Shown: positions 60,163 through 64,000 of the stretch, in pieces
Position numbering within the stretch: the stretch's first letter is position 1
Layout of the letters: the number at the start of each line of letters is the position of its first letter
Assembly: GCA_030704615.1 (NCBI GenBank)
Contig: CM060734.1
Coordinates: 4,340,001-4,404,000, forward strand
Source: Takakia lepidozioides
Taxonomy: Eukaryota; Plantae; Bryophyta
Direction: 5' to 3'
DNA: 64,000 bases
The notes under the pieces: generated by a model
Told to the model about the DNA's origin: nothing
The model's input: only the letters and a program-made list of their open reading frames with translations
The model's database searches: none
Position numbers and translations under genes: made by a program

Positions 60163-61370
60163 TGTTGGAAGTCAATTCTAACATTCATCAAGTCATATGA
60201 TGAATCTTGAAGGGACACAACTGTTAGACAAAGAGTTGTGATCTGTGTGAGTTAGACCTATTGGCTGTATCAATAGTCACAACTGTTCATATGTCTTAAA
60301 GTGAGCACATGCTCACTATTGTAACATCTTCTTCATTATCAATTACAAGTCACTCTGTCTCTCTCCATAAATTTTACATGGTATCAGAGCTAGTGCTCAA
60401 CCGATCCATAGAGATCTAATGAGAGTCGACTTAAGATTGTCATGCTAGTATTGTAATACTAGTAGATATGATAGTCAAACAACTATCAAAGAAGAGTTAT
60501 CTTCATGATCTAAAACATGTTAATATTGATATGTTCATATTAGTATGTTAATGTTGATCTTTGCATCAATATAGTTACCATAAGCACCTAAGTATGGTGA
60601 ACAAATTATTCCTAGGCAAAGAAGCCAACGATGGAATATTCATGGTGAAAAAAATTGCAGAGAAGTCATGGAGACAATTGAGTCTAATGGCCATTTCAAA
60701 CATTTTAAAATGTTATTCAAGCATGTAACAATTTAGATTGTTAATGACGCTTGGAGTTCCAACAAACTTGTTTAAGAACCTTCATAGAGTTATGTCATGC
60801 GGCATTAACTTAAAGAAGAGATCTAAGGTGTCATCCCAAAAGCATCACTATTGGTGCATTATTTGAACTTCAAATGAGCAATTTCTCCAATGAGAACTTC
60901 TATTTGAAAATCAAGCTATCTCTGACTAATTGATAGCAAGCTGGTCACAATTACGACTTCCACTTTGATGTGAACGAAGTCTCAGTTCGACCACGGGAAA
61001 GGGACACATGTGAGAGGACGTCGGCCAACGCTGACAACTCTATAGATCTTATTTAATCAAAGATTAAAATTATGTGAATATGCTTTAATAGCATTGTTGG
61101 ACAAAAACAGGACCTTCAGAATTTAGACTCTTGAATGTTTTCATTGAGGGAGGGTGTTGGAAGTCAATTCTAACATTCATCAAGTCATATGATGAATCTT
61201 GAAGGGACACAACTGTTAGACAAAGAGTTGTGATCTGTGTGAGTTAGACCTATTGGCTGTATCAATAGTCACAACTGTTCATATGTCTTAAAGTGAGCAC
61301 ACGCTCACTATTGTAACATCTTCTTCATTATCAATTACAAGTCACTCTCTCTCTCTCCATAAATTTTACA
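60163..61370 (+). mobile_element. TRIM (non-autonomous LTR retrotransposon), 1208 bp, young
   Basis: 216-bp LTRs at 60163-60378 and 61155-61370 (TG...CA, 2 differences seen by eye); PBS TGGTATCAGAGC at 60379; PPT TGAGGGAGGG at 61145; TSD GTGGA at 60158-60162 and 61371-61375; non-coding interior. Confidence 0.97.
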
Positions 61371-64000
61371 GTGGAGAGTTGTCCATAAATTGTATGCTCA
61401 CACCAAAAGTTGTGTCACTGTTAATGGACAGAAGTCTAACTTCTTTTGACATAGACCAAGGTGTAGCTCAAGGATGTACCCTCTCCCCTCTGCTCTTCAA
61501 TGTTTTCATCAATCAACTCCTCGAGGATGTGGAAAGTGAGGGATTTGGGTTAAGGGTGGGTGATGCCACCATACCAGCCCTTATATTTGCGGATGACTTT
61601 GCAGGCATAGGGGAGACTCCTTCCAACCTCCAGGAGTTGATTGATTGCGCGAAGAGATACTTTGACCTTTGGGGGCTAGAGGCTAACGCCAGTAAATGTG
61701 CAGTGGTGGCATTCAACGACAGAGGAGAGGGAGGAAGTGATCTCAAGTGGCAGTGGGGTAGCCAAGAGATTCCGGTCCTCCCTTCCTACACATACCTCGG
61801 CGTTGAGTTTTCCTCCAACTGCAAGTGGGATGCACATATTCAGAAAGTTGTTCAAACTGGCAAGGGCAAAGCGCTGGGTCTCACTAAACTTTTCCACTGC
61901 AGAGGGATCAACTCTGAGGTCAAGAAAACCATGCTTAGACCTGCCTTGGAGTGCGCATCTGCAATATGGGTTGATAACTCCAACCAGGCTAAGTCTCTAG
62001 AATCCATTCAAGTGGGGGTGCTTAAGGAGTGCATGTCAGCATGCTCCAAAACAGCCAATGTGGCTGTTCGGGGTGAGTTTGGCATCTCTTCCTTAAGCTC
62101 CCGACGAGATGAATTCAAGGTCAGATGGTGGGGTCAGCTGCAACACATGTCCAACACCAGATATCCTAAGTTAATCGACTCTATATCTTGGACAGGACCC
62201 CCCCTGTCAAACAGGCTAAGTCCTGGCAGAAGACAGTAGAAGAGATTCTCAAGGATCTGAATCTGAATCCTCAAGTCTTGACCCTGCTGGATAAATCTGT
62301 CTTAGAGGCTGTAGTGTCCAAAGCCATGTCTGTTGCCAGGAAATTGTCTGATGAAAATGAAGTTAGGCAGAAAACTTCCCTGAACTTGCTCCCAGTCTGT
62401 GCAGAGAGGAAGGGGAGAGTGCAATTGCCCGTTGTGTGGGCAACCTGAAGACAATATTCATTTCCTGATTCACTGTCCAGGGTTCTCTCACCAGAGAGAT
62501 GCTCTCCTCAATCTATCAAGGGAATTGTGCTTGTACATCTGTTTACCAAATTTGAAACTCTTGAGGCTGAGCCAAAAGCCCAGGCCCTTCTGGGCCTAGT
62601 TAATGGGCAAACCACACACAGAAGATTGATGCTTGTGTGAAGGGATTTCTAGAGGATATCTGGAAAACCCGGATCAATGTTTTATATCAAGGTAAGTCTT
62701 ACTACCGACGTCTGCCCCTGACAGAGGTAGGTTCTGTCCCTTTGTGTTCCGCTCAAACTGGGCGCGGGGTCAATGGCCACAAGGCTACGGCAAACAACGT
62801 CTTATGAGTACATTCTCTCTCTCTGTCTCTCACGCAAACTCCTGTAGAAAACTGGAGTCTCCACGGTAGAAACTAGAAACCCTCCCAGAGATATGTGCAG
62901 CGTACTCATCTGCCAGGGCACTTCTCCCTCCCATTTTCCTCCTGTTTCTCCTCCATCAAAACCTGTCTCAGGGTTTGTGTATTCTCTCTTCCTCTACTTT
63001 GTCCTATGGGCACTTGTGGCTCCTGGGGACAATATGACATCTCTATATCCTTTTCTTTTTCTGTATTTGAACAGGTCAGCAATCAGAGAGTCACTCTTAG
63101 TGTAACCTAACAAAGGAAATGTGACCTGCTTAATCTCCTCCTGCACAAAGAGTAAGAACCAACTAAAGGAGCGGCCGAGCCCACAGCCTTACGAACCACT
63201 GTTCACTTCCATCCTACCAATTAGGGAGTGGAGAGTTGTACCACTGACATTTGAGGACAATGTAAATAAGCTCTTTGTGTCCCATATCCTGTTAACACAG
63301 AGCAGCAGGCTTTTCTTCTTGTTTTTGCCATGTGTCACATATCCTAAGATCTCTTACAAGGCAGCATCTGGCTTCTAGATAGTCCAAAGTATTTGGTATG
63401 TCTCGCTGTTGAGTTTTCCTTTTACCTGACCTTGGCCATCTAGGCACACCTATGAGTTTCGAGTGAACAGATCTACGTACCCTGCGAGCTCTTGAGGAAC
63501 CCAATAGCTGTAGAGCTTGAGGACTGGAGTCAGGTTTCTAAAAAAGTCTGCCAACAGTCTCATGGCTTCCAGCTGAATGTTGTAGGCAAGGTTGGGGCAG
63601 TGTTGCGGAAAGCAGACACCTTCTCTAATTGCTTGCCCATGCCAGGGATCTTGCTCTACGCACACAACATCATTGTGGAGTCCTTTTCTGTTTCTCAGGC
63701 CAAGGTTGGGTGCAGATGCTGAATCTCTTTTAGAGAGAAATCCTTGGAGCCCAGTAAGGGGAGAATGTCCAGTCTTTTCAAGTAGCAAGGAGGTATCACT
63801 GGAGGTGTCCATTTGCCAGCCCCTCTGTTGTCTTGACACAGATAGTAATGTCACGATTGCTTCCATCACTTCATAGACCACACCCCTTGCCAAGACATGC
63901 CCGGTCCTCTTTTCCCACCAGGTGGAATGGCTCTAGGTCCTTTGTCTGCATCAAACAAATGTGCATACAGCTGATACTATCTTCATACTGAAGCTTCTTC

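Larger units (their letters stand above)
56300..62832 (+). mobile_element. RTEX/RTE-like LINE, near full length but decayed, in an ALA1 intron; (TC)n tail
   Basis: Short ORF1 at 56668-57090 with VSNRFDAL; endonuclease from ~57179; RT motifs LDVKKAYDTV, QGCTLSP, FADD, YTYLG; C-terminal CPLCGQPEDNIHFLIHCP; ends GAGTACATTCTCTCTCT. The 5' boundary is approximate. Confidence 0.88.

Noticed and set aside
63450-64000. Next ALA1 exon or a LINE C-terminal fragment
   Set aside because: No GVPxxI-type ALA continuation on the plus strand; the minus-strand ORF has no diagnostic motif.

Overview
Intron-rich land-plant nuclear DNA; a non-seed plant is suspected but cannot be proven from this window. Two host genes frame about 47 kb of nested, rearranged transposon debris: the 3' 13 coding exons of a RelA/SpoT homologue of the RSH1 type (83-4363, +) and the first four coding exons of an ALA1-like P4-ATPase (52168-56188, +), whose next intron holds an RTEX-like LINE with a young TRIM inside it. 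Between the genes are gag, copia, L1 and RTEX-like LINE fragments, tRNA-derived SINEs, Tourist-like MITEs, a TTAA-flanked piggyBac-like element, a solo LTR and two mutually inverted arrays of palindromic tandem repeats. Main result: reversing one 8.7-kb inversion (about 11614-20336) simultaneously restores a split copia, a split LINE and a split Mutator-like transposase (GCM-like, DDE Glu motif, SWIM). The rebuilt ~5-kb insert in the LINE carries, divergent from the transposase, a spliced bacterial-type beta-class N4/N6 DNA methyltransferase-like gene, an array of palindromes between and within these genes, and a captured intron-containing RPL32 fragment. A second, diverged copy of a methyltransferase exon at 30.7 kb suggests a multi-copy, transposon-borne family. 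All family assignments come from motif recognition by eye; no database searches were run.
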